Origin: the human T2T-CHM13v2.0 reference genome, Homo sapiens
Length of the DNA: 64,000 bases
Reading direction: 5' to 3' (one strand)
Assembly: GCF_009914755.1 (NCBI RefSeq)
Contig: NC_060925.1
A program made the position numbers and the translations under genes. This document shows positions 44,575-56,758 of this stretch, one piece after another; position 1 is the first letter of the stretch, and each line of letters starts with the position of its first letter. A model generated the notes under the pieces. That model searched no databases. It had not been told where the DNA came from and was given only the letters and a program-made list of their open reading frames with translations.

Positions 44575-47529
44575 TCAAAGAGAAAAAATTACACATAACC
44601 TCTGAACGTTAATACAAACGAGGTCTTAGCATTTGGTAGTCTTCCTGATTTTTCATTTATATGTGTATTCACATAGTTGTTAGACAGTGAAAAAGTTGGA
44701 GTTCTCTTTTTTCCCCTCATTTATTATAATCATAAGCACATTCCACCCAATTGTTTTCTCTCCGTTGACTATTTTGCATATTTTCTAGTTTTTTTTGCAT
44801 AGTTGCATATTTTCTAGAAAATATTTTGCATATTTTCTAGTTTTCTTTTGTGTATATTCTCTGTAATAATTCTAAAGATGTAATAGTTCATTTTGCTGAA
44901 AAAGAAAAATTATAAACTCCAATGCATCAGTAACTTCTCTCATATTTTTGTTCCCCTCCCCCTTCATAAAGTAATCAAGAGAAACTTTCTTAAATTATAG
45001 GCTATGCCATAGAGCTCATGCTTCAATGGCCTAACAATCTCATTTGGTCTATGGTAAATTAATTTTATTAATAAGAAACAATTTGGGGAAAAATTGAAAG
45101 ATGTCTAATCAATTTCTTAGACCACTTTGGTCAAAAATGAATAAATATCTCATTTCAGATAATTATAAAGAAAATTTTACCAAAGTTTCCAAAAAGGCAT
45201 CTTTAGGATCAATTGTCTTTGCAGAGAATCAGTGCTGGGATTATTGTTAAGAGGAAAAAAGAAGGTTGCAGATGTATTTTAACCTCCTTTTTTGTTACCT
45301 GAGAATGTCTTTTACCTTTATCCCTGGTCCATTAAAACTAGATCTGAGATCCACCTTGATTTCATACAATGTGGATCAATATACAGAACTTGGATTGGAG
45401 GGACGAAATAACTCTATGATTTAAATCTATGCTTCAACTTCTTTATTTCCACATTTATGAAAAATGTGTCTACAGGACTATAGACACTACTGGGAGGCAG
45501 CACAGAATATGAGACAGACCTGGAACATGGGGTCAGACAGATTTGAATTTGAATCCTAGCTCTCTTCTACATTCTAGTTATAAAGAACTGGGTAAATACC
45601 TTAAGCCTCCATTTCCTGCTCTATAAAACAGTTATAATAAAATCTACTTTAAAGGCGTATTATGGATATTGAATGAAATATTTGCCCTCTGCACATAGGC
45701 ATTCCACAAAAGTGTGCTGGTAATATTAGTGTATTAGAGGACAGAAATATTGTATTTTAAAATAAGTTTTGAGGTTTACATCTTGTAAAATTTTTTATTA
45801 GTGGCATAGCATCAGGTTTCTAACTTTTCTTACTTCCTTACAGAAAACCTCCAGTTATTTATACACTACATTATAAAACGTTAATGTTTCTTAGTGATAT
45901 TTTCGACATTATCTATGTTCAAGAAGCAAACACAGCTCCTTAAATGCAATATAAGTGTTAAAGATGATTTACAAAACCAGAAAATTTCTAATTTTGTTTG
46001 GACTCCTGGAAATCCTATCTTCAAAAATAAATGTTTAAACAAATGGGATCTCTCTAGCTAAAGCATGGACAAGTGACCTCTCATGGTTGTTTCCATTTGC
46101 CATGTCTACCTCTGGTCCACAGCCCTGAAAGGTCCCCGCAGAATCCCTCATTGTCCTTTGGAGAATAATTAGTTAACCTCTGTATTAGGCTGTACGCTCT
46201 AGAGAAGTTGCTCATGCACCTCATTCAAACATCTGTCCACTTGGTCAAACAGTGAGATTATTAATCACATTAATAGCTACCATTTCTTGAGGGCTTACCA
46301 TGTGTTAGACACCGTGCATAGATTCATTATATGCACCTCTCATTGGCTGTGTGGTCTTGAGCAGTCATTTAGGTTCTCAGAGCCTTCATTTCCTCATAGA
46401 GTCACTGTGAGGGTTTAGTGTGGGAATAACTGAATCACAATGTGGAAAATGCCTGACAGGCGAGTTTCCTTTCACAGGAGAAGACTCCTGTGCCACACTG
46501 CATGATGATGACTCAAAAAGTTTCATTGGAAGAAAGTTCTAGAAGATCTAAAGAAGAGCTTTCATTAAGTAGAAAGATTGAGACTTGAACAACAAAACCT
46601 GTTAGCCATACTTGTATATTTATTTTGTTAGGTTGAAAACACAGTTTCTTCCACTTAATATTTCAATGGGCCATGCATTTTGGAGACAGGATGAACAGGA
46701 GTAGCTTAGTCAGCATTTGCTCTGTGTAACATTCTACAGGTTCCTGGTGACAAGGGAATGTGACACCATCTGATTTCTCAATTGTCCAAAGTCCCAAACT
46801 GGACAAATTTCTATTTCCAGTAAACAAATTAAGAATACCCTACTCATAGCCCTTCACCCTAAGAAATCCTTCCCTTGAATGAAATGATTGGTGATTAAAC
46901 TTTTAAAAGTGACATCCATACTAAATAAAATGGATCTCAAAATTCATTTGTGCCAGGTTCAAAAAAATATATGATGAATTTGGAGTGATTTTTTTTCATA
47001 AGCTACTAAAACTTGTTTCGTATACATATTAGATAATGGTTAGAGATGAACAATCAATGAATCAGTAGAGCAGAATGATTCAGAGAAACATAGGCTTCAG
47101 AAAGACAGAGGTGGCAGTGAATCTCACCTCTACCAGTCTGTGACCTTGGGTGGGTGGTTCGACCTAAGTCTCTTCACCCTTTAATCCTCTTTATATGAGA
47201 ATGAAATGATATAATTTATGCCATGCTTAGCGTAGTGCTTGGCATAAAGCGTTTGCTACTTCTGCTTCCACTAGTACTACTTCCACTTTCACTTTTGTAC
47301 TATTTTCCCTTTTACAATTCTACTACTTGTCCTTTCGAATTCTACCACCACCTTCACCACTAGTTCTCCTGCTTCTACCATTTTACAGAACACACACATA
47401 TGTGTGCATACATATACATCTTTTTATGTAATATATATTTTCATTTGTGTATATATGTTTTTACATAAATATACGTACATGTATACACGCATACACACAA
47501 TCCTACCACCACATGTACCATAACCTTAC

Positions 47530-48068
47530 TGTGATGGTTAATATTGAGTGTCGACTTGATTGGATTGAAGGATGCAAAGTATTGTGCCAGGGTGTGTCTG
47601 TGAGGGTATTACCAAAGGGGATTAACATTTGAGTCAATGGACTGGGAGAGGAAGACCCACCCTTAATCTGGGTGGGCACAATCTAATCAGCTGCTAGTGC
47701 AACTAGAATAAAATAATAGACTGCCTGAGTCTTCTGGCCTCTATCTTTCTCCCATGCTGGATGCTTCCTGCCCTCAAACATTGGACTCCAAGTTCTTCAG
47801 CTTTTGGACTCTTGGACTTAAACCAGTGGTTTGCCAGGGCTCTCAGGCCTTCAGCCACAGACTGAAGGCTGCACTGTCAGCCTTCAAAAAGTAGGGATAC
47901 TTTTGAGATTTTGGAATTTGGACTGGCTTCCTTGCTCCTCAGCTTGCAGATGGCCTATTGTGGGACTTCACCTTGTGATCATGTGAGTCAATACTCCTTA
48001 ATAATCTCTCGTTTATATATACATCTACCCTATTAGTCCTGTCCTTCTAGAGAACCCTGACTAATCCA
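47530..48068 (+). mobile_element. MLT2A (probably MLT2A2) HERV-L solo LTR
   Basis: TGTGATGGTTAATATTGAG...GACTAATCCA; perfect 5-bp TSD CTTAC. Confidence 0.92.
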
Positions 48069-51000
48069 CTTACCAATTCTACTATGACTTCTACTACAAC
48101 AACATACAACAAATAGAGCTTCTCTCAGCCCTGGGCACTAGGTATTTCTTTTTTCTATTCATGTATATGTAACCCAGTTATTTCTACAAAGGACCACAAA
48201 ACCATGATCACCAAGTAAATGTTATTAAAGTGCCACATAACCTTACAAAATATGCCGTCCACTCTGGCTTTAACTTAACTCTGAAGCTACATTGTCAAAC
48301 CATTGATCTCATTCATAAGGCAGGCATGGGAAGGCATGTAAATCATAATAACAGCTGATAATTGTTACCTGCCAAGCACTGTTTCAATTACATGTATCAA
48401 TCTTTGGCTCTATGAAATAGATACTATTATTCTTTCCACAATCAGATGAAGAAACTGAAGCATGATGCAAGCTCACAGAGTAGTTAGCAGCAGAGATAAG
48501 AAGCCAGATATTTGAATCCAGATATTTGAATCTGAAGTCTTAACCATTATGCTATATACCATCTTACACAGGGGATGTACTGGTTGAAGTCAAACATGGC
48601 ATGAATAGATCACACCGTAATGGAAGTCATCAAAGAAAGAGGTCATCAGAGTATACAGCAAGGAGGATTCCAAAGGACTGACCAGACTATTAGCTAGAGA
48701 CATAATGAGAGAAAAGTATGTCTGCTAGTGGTATAAAAGAGAAGCTCTCAGATTTCTCATTCATTAAGTTACATGCTATTATTCACTCTTCAAACAAACT
48801 ATATTCATGTTAATTTTATATGCATTATCTCACATAATCCTCTCAGTAGCAGTATGAGGCATTCTACAGTTGAGGAAACTGAGGCTTGGAGATATTCAGT
48901 AACTTGCCCAAGATAGCACTGCTAAGTAGCAGAGGTGGGTCTGGAAACCACACCTTCTGATTCCTAGTCCATTGGTTCTCTCCTCTGCACTACAAGTCAC
49001 TCTAGAACTGAGGGAAAACTGAAAAATGAAAATAATGAAGCACCAGACGATGGTGAAGGTCAAGGAGCTTGTGAGTGGGCTTTGGACAATATTTTTCCAA
49101 CCTTTGTTAGGCTGACCCAAGAGTTCACAGATCAATTCTTTTATATATTAGTTATTTATATGGGGAAAATGTTATGGGGAAGTTCTTTTTCTTGTCTTTG
49201 CCTGACATTATCACCTATAAAATGAAAAATATTACCATTTAACCTATAATTTGAGGTTAAGGTGGAACCAGTGGATCAGGGTGAATTTGGGAATGACTTT
49301 CTAAAAGCACTTTGTCTTCTAAGTGTTTTAGGAAGTCACACAACAACTAAAGCAGACTCTTTTTTTTCCCATTCATCTAGGAACAAGATCTGATAAAGCA
49401 GATTCCTAATAAACCAGTCAAAACTTCAACAGCATGAAACAAAATGACCACGAGCCCTCATTTTGATCACTAGTCAAATTTTAAAATATCTTTGTTTCAA
49501 ATTTCAGAGTGTCTTCTTTGAGGTGCACTAACATCTGACCCCATTTATTTTACGGAGAGGGAAGTGAGGTCACCCTCTGAACTAGTGGTAGGCTTTTAAA
49601 TAGGAGCCTGGTCTCCTGACTGCCTGTTCTGCCACCTACAGCATTCGACCTTGATACAGACAAACACTGCTATTACAAACAAACAACAAATCTCTGCCAT
49701 TTATTAAGAGCTTACAACATCGGAATTCCACTTTGCTGAATTAGAGATATTTATCTCAATCCTCACAACATCCCTGGGGGAAGGATTTGATTTCACTATT
49801 TCCTATATTAGAAAATAGAAGGCCCAGAGATATCAAATAACTTTCCCAGGATCACACAGCTAGTGTGTGGAGCTCAAACTATGAATCCAAGGTTATCTGA
49901 CTCCTAAATCAATGCCCTTAACTTCATGTAACATACTCCCTGGATCTTTTAATTTTTAATTCATTCAATTTAAACACACTTTAATTATGCAGCTGGTAAG
50001 AAAGAAATATTAGACCATCTCTCTGCTTTTGAAGAATTTATAATTTAGTCAGGGAAATGAGATACACCCAGGGAAACAGAAAATCACAAAAATAGACTGG
50101 ATATACTTGAGTCTTAAGCCGAGTGCTGTCTAAGTCCATTCTATTCTTCAGCCAACATTTATTGAACAACTATTAAATGCTGTATGCCCCCTTCCCCATA
50201 TACACCTTACCACTACACACTCTAATCATGTCAAATTACCCATAGTTCTTGAACACATGAGGCTGTTTCCTGCCTCTTCGCTTCTGTCCACGTTTCATCT
50301 GCTTATAATGACCTTATCACCAACATCCTCTGTGCAAACTCATATTTTTTCTCCTAAAATTCTGATTGTCATTATCCATGGCCCTTCTATAGTCTATTCT
50401 CCACACAGCAGCCAAGATGATCTTCTCAAAATATAATTCAGACCTTGTCACAATCCTGCTTAAGACTTTCCAGAGGCATCCTATGGTTTTTAATAATTTT
50501 TTTAAAAAAAGAACCACTAAGCTCTCCACCTTTATGATCTCATCCCTTTCCATGTCTCCAAGGTCCTGTACTACCATTCTCTTCCTCACTCATCACTCTC
50601 CAATCACACTGGCCTCCTGTCTACTTTACAAGGATGCAGTGCTCTCTACTACCTCGAAGACTTGGCAAAGGCTGCTCCTGCTATGTAGAATGGTTTCTGT
50701 ATGACCAACTCTTTCTCAACCACCAGGTCTCACCTCTGTCCCCTTTGGCAAGGCCCTTCTTCAGCCAACTTTCCCAAACAGCCCTCCTTCCCACCTATTT
50801 CTGTACACCACAATACTTGTTGTATACCCTTCTCAGTCACTGTTATAGTCTTGAAATTACTTTATTACTCTTTGTAACTAGTTTAATTTTCTCTCTCTTG
50901 CTCTGGGATCTTGAATATCACTTGCTGCTCAGTACCCATTGCCTCATCCAGTGTCTGGCACATTGTAGGCTCCCAGTTAGCAACTGGTTTTTTGTTTATA

Positions 51001-54000
51001 TCCTTTTCTGATGCTCATACAAAAACACTGGGAACTCTTTGACAGGTAGATGATGTCACATCATTAATTTTTCTCATTGAGCTCCCCCTCTCTGTCAGGT
51101 ACTGTTCTAGAATATAAAAATAAATAGCAGTCAATGTCCTTAAACTCAGGGTTCTCATGGTCTAGAAAAACATAAAAAATAAATCAATCAAATGAATATT
51201 ATCAATCAAAGCATTCATAAAAAATAACAGGAAAATAAAGCAGAATCATATATGAAATAGCGTCTTGGGTGAGGGAACACGTGCTATAGCCAGGAAAGCT
51301 GACATTTCAGCATATATCATTGCCTCATACCATATTTGTTATTTATTTTTCTTCCCAACTAAAATATATACTTAATGAGGGCAGACACTTTGTGTTCATT
51401 TCCTGCCGCATTTCCAGCATCTAGAAAAATGGCGGGCACATAGTTGGAGTTCAATAATTATTGAATGAATAAATAAAAAATGAATTCTGCATGATGAGAA
51501 GGAGCCATCAGGTGACGATCTGGGAGAAGATGACACACACAAGAAAATATAAGTACTTCTGATTGGTCAGGGAAGTTTGTTGTGTTTGATGATTAGCCAA
51601 AGGCCAGTCCATGGGTGGAAGACAGCAAACAAGGGTGAGAGGGCTTAGGAGAGGAGTTTGGAGAATAACCAGTGATCAAAACCCATAAGAAACCTATAAG
51701 AATATATATAGGTATAAAGAAGTATAAGGAAGCATATTCTTGGCCCTGGGAAAAGTACAACATTTTTGAATTTTATTCCAAATATAAAATGGATGCTAAG
51801 AGCTCAATGATTAGTTTAATTAAATATTTAATTCAAAAACTAATGAGTCCAAAGAAGAGGAGAGAAGAAAGGAGCGTGCCTCTCATGTGGGCTAATAAAT
51901 CAGAACAAGCTTCTTGGTAGGGTGTCACTTGGAGCTGAACGCTAGACCAAGAAGGAGCAAAGGAAAGAGGATCTCATGTGAGTCCCCGCTCTCACATGGC
52001 AGTAGCCCTTACCTAATATGCAAGGGCAAAGGAAGTGCTCAGATTGTCCTAATTAGTTAGCTTTAATATTCGAGGGATATAATATTGGACATGCAAACCA
52101 AGGCAAAATGTATACAGAACAGAATCTTGAAATGTTTTATTTACATAAAAGCTAGTGGAAGATGATATCATTCTTTCCATCCATCCTTCTCCCCATCATT
52201 TTGTTTATCTGTTATTCCACTGGCCCATCACTCAGTCATTCGATAATTATTGCTTGCATGCCCACTGTTTGCTAGGTCTTGTAAAAATAAAGGTGAAAAA
52301 TATATATGATCCTTCTTTCATGGAATTTGCAGTCTAATAGGTATCTCCAAAAGCACTTCATGGTGGAAAAATTCTGGCTGAGTCAGAATAACGTAGCTGA
52401 AAATCTTTAATTTGGTTCTGAGTTCATATCCCAAATAAACTCTGAAACAGGGCAAGCCATGGTTTCTCACCTATAAAATGACAATACTAATATTGTGTAT
52501 ATTCACTAATGTTCAATATTCAATATACTAATACTAATACTAATATTGCCATTTTATAGGTGGCAATTAGTATTGCCTCCTAAGATAGTCATTGGTCTAG
52601 AATGAGTCTAACAGATATAAAAGGGCTCAGCAATGCTCAGCATGTGGTCATACACAAACAGTAGTTTCTATTCAACCTTACTAAATAAACCTATGTACAA
52701 AACTAGGCCCCAAGTCTGCAACTTGTGATTGTCTGTTTCTTTCTCAATCATGACTTTTCTGGCTTATCATCTGAATGCCACTGAAGAGAAAAAGCAAGGC
52801 TTAGTTCCAAAACCTTTCATATTTTAGCTCCACCCTAGGCCAGCCTCCCTCACACAGATCCCTCTGCACAGAAAATGAAATCCTAAGGCAGGCGTTCAAG
52901 AACACCTGCTCAAAGCATATCCAGGCTCGATGTGTAGAGCAAGCCATGAGTCTATTAAGCCTTGCCCTCTTTTGTTGTAGGTAAAGTGTTCTTTGAATCC
53001 TCATTAAGGCAGCCTGGGGTGATAGTTGAGAGGCTGTGCTCTGGATCCAGGCTGACCAGGTCAAGCCCTGGTGCTGCTGATCCAGTTGCATCACCCTGGA
53101 TGACTTCACCTGACTCTCCATGGTCAGAGAGTGCACAAAGCACTTACTGTACTTCATGGGTGGTTGTAGCTGGGAGTTGTAAAATGAGAGAGAGGACATA
53201 AGGTACAACTCTTTATCTATGGAAAGTGCTCAATAAATAGAAGTTATAGGTGAGATTTTTTTTTAAGGAGGAATATTTGAAAACAAAAAAGAAGAGAAAA
53301 ACTCAGTAAATTCATTGCTCCTTGTGAAAAACAGGCCAATCAGTGGCCCTGTTGTGTCCCTGAAGTCCAATTAAAAAGGGATAATAAGAAATTATTGAAG
53401 TGGCTTAAGCTGAAACTACCTAAATGTTCTGAGTCTGAAACTCTACAGGCAGGACACAGGCTTCAAAAAATTCATTCTCTTCATTCTTTCCTGTAGCGAT
53501 TCAATTTATCCCAGCGTGCTGGGATTTCCTGGCCTGCTTTCACCTCTTGAATATCACCACAAGGAGGCTGTTTTGTTGTTCGTCAATCAGGTCAGGTCTG
53601 TACCAGTCTTAATTACCTGAAGTGCAGCCATTCAGGAAAGAGCACTGTAGTTGCAAACAATTTTAAAACTAGCCTTAAGTGATTCTGTTGTACATGTACA
53701 AAGGCACAATGACATGCTTTTTGTTGTTGCTGTTATTAAGTAGAAAACAAGCTCAAAGACCTTTCAGGAAGGATCCTTCTTGTCTTGCACTGATTTTGTG
53801 CTAAGCACTTCACCTGTGTTAATATCAACAATGATGGGAACAGCAAATAACCTCCATATTGTCCTAGATTCCTCTCTTTCCCTCACATCTCACTCCCCAC
53901 AGCTGATCCAGCAATTGCTGTTTTCCTTCCAAACAAATCTTTAATCCGTCAACTTTTTTATTTCATTTTGACTACCCTGTCCGTGTTAAGTTACTTAACT

Positions 54001-54526
54001 TCTCTGTGACTCAGTGTCCTCATCTATAAAATGGGACAGTACTATCTGCTCCTTAAAATTGTCATAAATGAAATCATGTATAAAGTACTTAGAATAAACA
54101 CTGAGTGTGTGTTGCTAGTTTTACAGTGGTTGCTGTAATGGCTTTCCAGGACGTCTTTCTGTTTCCACCTTTTCCCATGAAATTTATTATTTATACAGCA
54201 TCCAGAATGATCTTTACAAAAGAAGTGTCAGCTCATGTCACTTCCTGGCTTAAAACTCTCCAATGTCTTCCCAATGCATTTAGAGCAAAATCCAAATTAC
54301 TTCCACAGCTCACAAGATACTCCACCTCCATTTCCTGAGCTCACTGCACTTTAGCCAAGATTCCAACCCCTTTCTCCTTTAAAATGTCCTAAGCGTGGTT
54401 CTCCCTTTAGTCTTTGTGCCAGTTATTTTCTTTCCTGGGATGTTCATCTCCTAGATCTTCCTTTAACTGGACTGGGTCCTTATTCAGTTCTCAACTCAAT
54501 GCTACTATCTCAGAGAGGTCTTTCTT

Positions 54527-54782
54527 TGATCGATTTATAGTAGATGTACATATTTTCAGGGTAATATGATATTTTAATACATTCGTACGATGTGTAAAGT
54601 TCAAATCAGGGTGATTGAAATATCTATCACAATTTTCTTTATGTTAAGAACATTCAAATTATTCACTTCTAGCTATTTTGAAATGTACAATAGATTATTG
54701 TTAATTATTGTCACTCTACTGATCTATCGAACACTAGTTCTTATTTCTTCTATTTAACTGTTTAATTGTACCCATTAATCAA
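54527..54782 (-). mobile_element. L1MA 3' fragment inserted in an L2
   Basis: TSD TCAGAGAGGYCTTTCTT at 54510 and 54783. Confidence 0.8.
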
Positions 54783-55961
54783 TCAGAGAGGCCTTTCTTG
54801 ACCATCCTAAGCTTTATTTCACTCTCAAACCCTCATTATTATCCTAATACTCTTAAATTTTTGTTTATAGTACTTATTACGATGAAAATAAGTACTCTAA
54901 ATGCATTTTTTTGGTTACAGTGTTGTTGTAATCATCATTATTTTACTTGAAGGCCTTTGATAAGGCATCTATTCCTCACTTCCACAGGATCAGCCACTCC
55001 CCACTGCCTGACACGGGTCCTAGAGACAGTCACATGATCTGCCCAGCCCTAGAAGACATTGTGTTTCCCACTCTGCTTGGGGTAGAAACTGCAAAAACAC
55101 AAATACAAATATGTGTTTCCAAGTACTAGGCATAAAAGAAGTCATCGGAAAGATTCAAAATAAGCTTATCAGCTTTTAATAAAAGCTGATAGACTTATTT
55201 TAAAAGCTTATGAGCATTTAAAGACTATCATCAAAGTGAAAACACAAAATTAAAAACTTCAAGAGAGAAAATGGTAAACTCTTGAGAATTCACCCACAGA
55301 CCCTCCCCTAAGAAACACTGCTGTCATCTTCCTACTCCCAAAATAAACAGCACCTCCTTTATGTGTCTGAGTCAGATTCCCTGAATCCGGACTATCTCTG
55401 ACACTTCTTAATGAGAGAAAAGCCATATTTATAGCTAATGAATAAAATATTAGCCAACTCTGCTAAGTACTGACAGAGACCAGTGCTGATTGCTGCCCTG
55501 GGACTAATCTACTTTGCTCACACAAATAGGGACTGCTTATTCAAGAGGGATGCCAGCCAGCTTGGTTTGCATAAAAGAGTGATGACAAAGAATAATCTCC
55601 AAAGAGCCATCTCACTGTTGGAAACTAATGAGACATTAATATTTCAGAGGTAACAAGGGATGGAGAGGCCAAGGTTTAGAGAAACTGAGACTCATTGAGT
55701 TTGTGTTTTCCATGCTTGATATAATTTATCTCACTTGGCTTTGATGACAATAAAGTAAATAATAATATTGTGCCCACTTTACAGATGTGTGTATCAAAGA
55801 TCTGAGCTGTTAAATGGCTTGTCTAAGGTATGGAAGAGGGGTTTAAATCTATGCCAATGTGACTTTAGAACCTGCACTTGTTCCTTTATACAATGTCACC
55901 TCTCATGTTTTAGACACAAAGAGGTCCAGAAATGAAAGATGGCTATTGTAAGTGTGCTGGG

Positions 55962-56758
55962 TTAAGATGATTAAAATATGTATATATAGAAATACAGCTA
56001 GAACACAAAGACTCCTGTTTTATACATTATGGTTGAAAATAATGAGAGTTTTAATTTAGAGAAGAATGTAGTCTTTAGATGTTTTAAGAATTGTCACATA
56101 AAGAGGGGGTAAATATGATGTCTGTTGTACCAAAGAGTGTATCTTAGACATACGGTTGAGAGTTTGGGTAGGGAGGTCAATTCTTTTTCCAGATCAACTT
56201 GAAGGACTTTGAAATAAATAAATAAACAAAGAAGCGTGTGTGTGTGTGTATGCATGTTATTTTATTTTGTACACTGCTATATTTTCAATGTATGTAAATG
56301 TTTGGCCCATAGTGGATGCTCAATAAATACATGTTGAATGAATAGAATTGGCTCTGATGAAGAAAAATATAAGGCTCTCAAGGTGTTGAGCTCCTCATCA
56401 ATGAATTTTTGAAGAGACTACAGTTCTGAGCATAGATTCTTGCCCTTGCTGGGAGGTTACATAACAGCTAAGCGAGGTTTATTGAACACTCTCTAGATGC
56501 TAGGCCCTGCCCTAAACACTTCAAGATCATTATTTTATTTACCCTCACCACACTAGTATGAGTTAGGTAATAACAACATCATCATTTCACAAAAGTAGAA
56601 ACTGAGTAGATCTTAAGATGTAGACCTTTAAGATGATTAAAATACATATCCAAAGAAATACAGCTAGAACACAAAGACTCCTGTTTTATACATTATGGTT
56701 GAAAATAATGAGAGTTTTAATTTGGAGAAGAATGTAGTCCTTAGATGTTTTAAGAATT
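55962..56758 (+). repeat. Dispersed 131-bp direct duplication (55962-56092 / 56628-56758)
   Basis: 7 mismatches in 131 nt by manual alignment. Confidence 0.95.

Noticed and set aside
52801-53208. 135-aa minus-strand ORF as a standalone gene
   Set aside because: No recognisable domain or promoter, and the start lies in a polypyrimidine tract; treated only as part of the exon-like island.
55163-55172. AGCTTATCAG resembling the 5' end of miR-21
   Set aside because: Only a 10-nt match; the rest does not match and the 1-nt loop is unlike a pre-miRNA.
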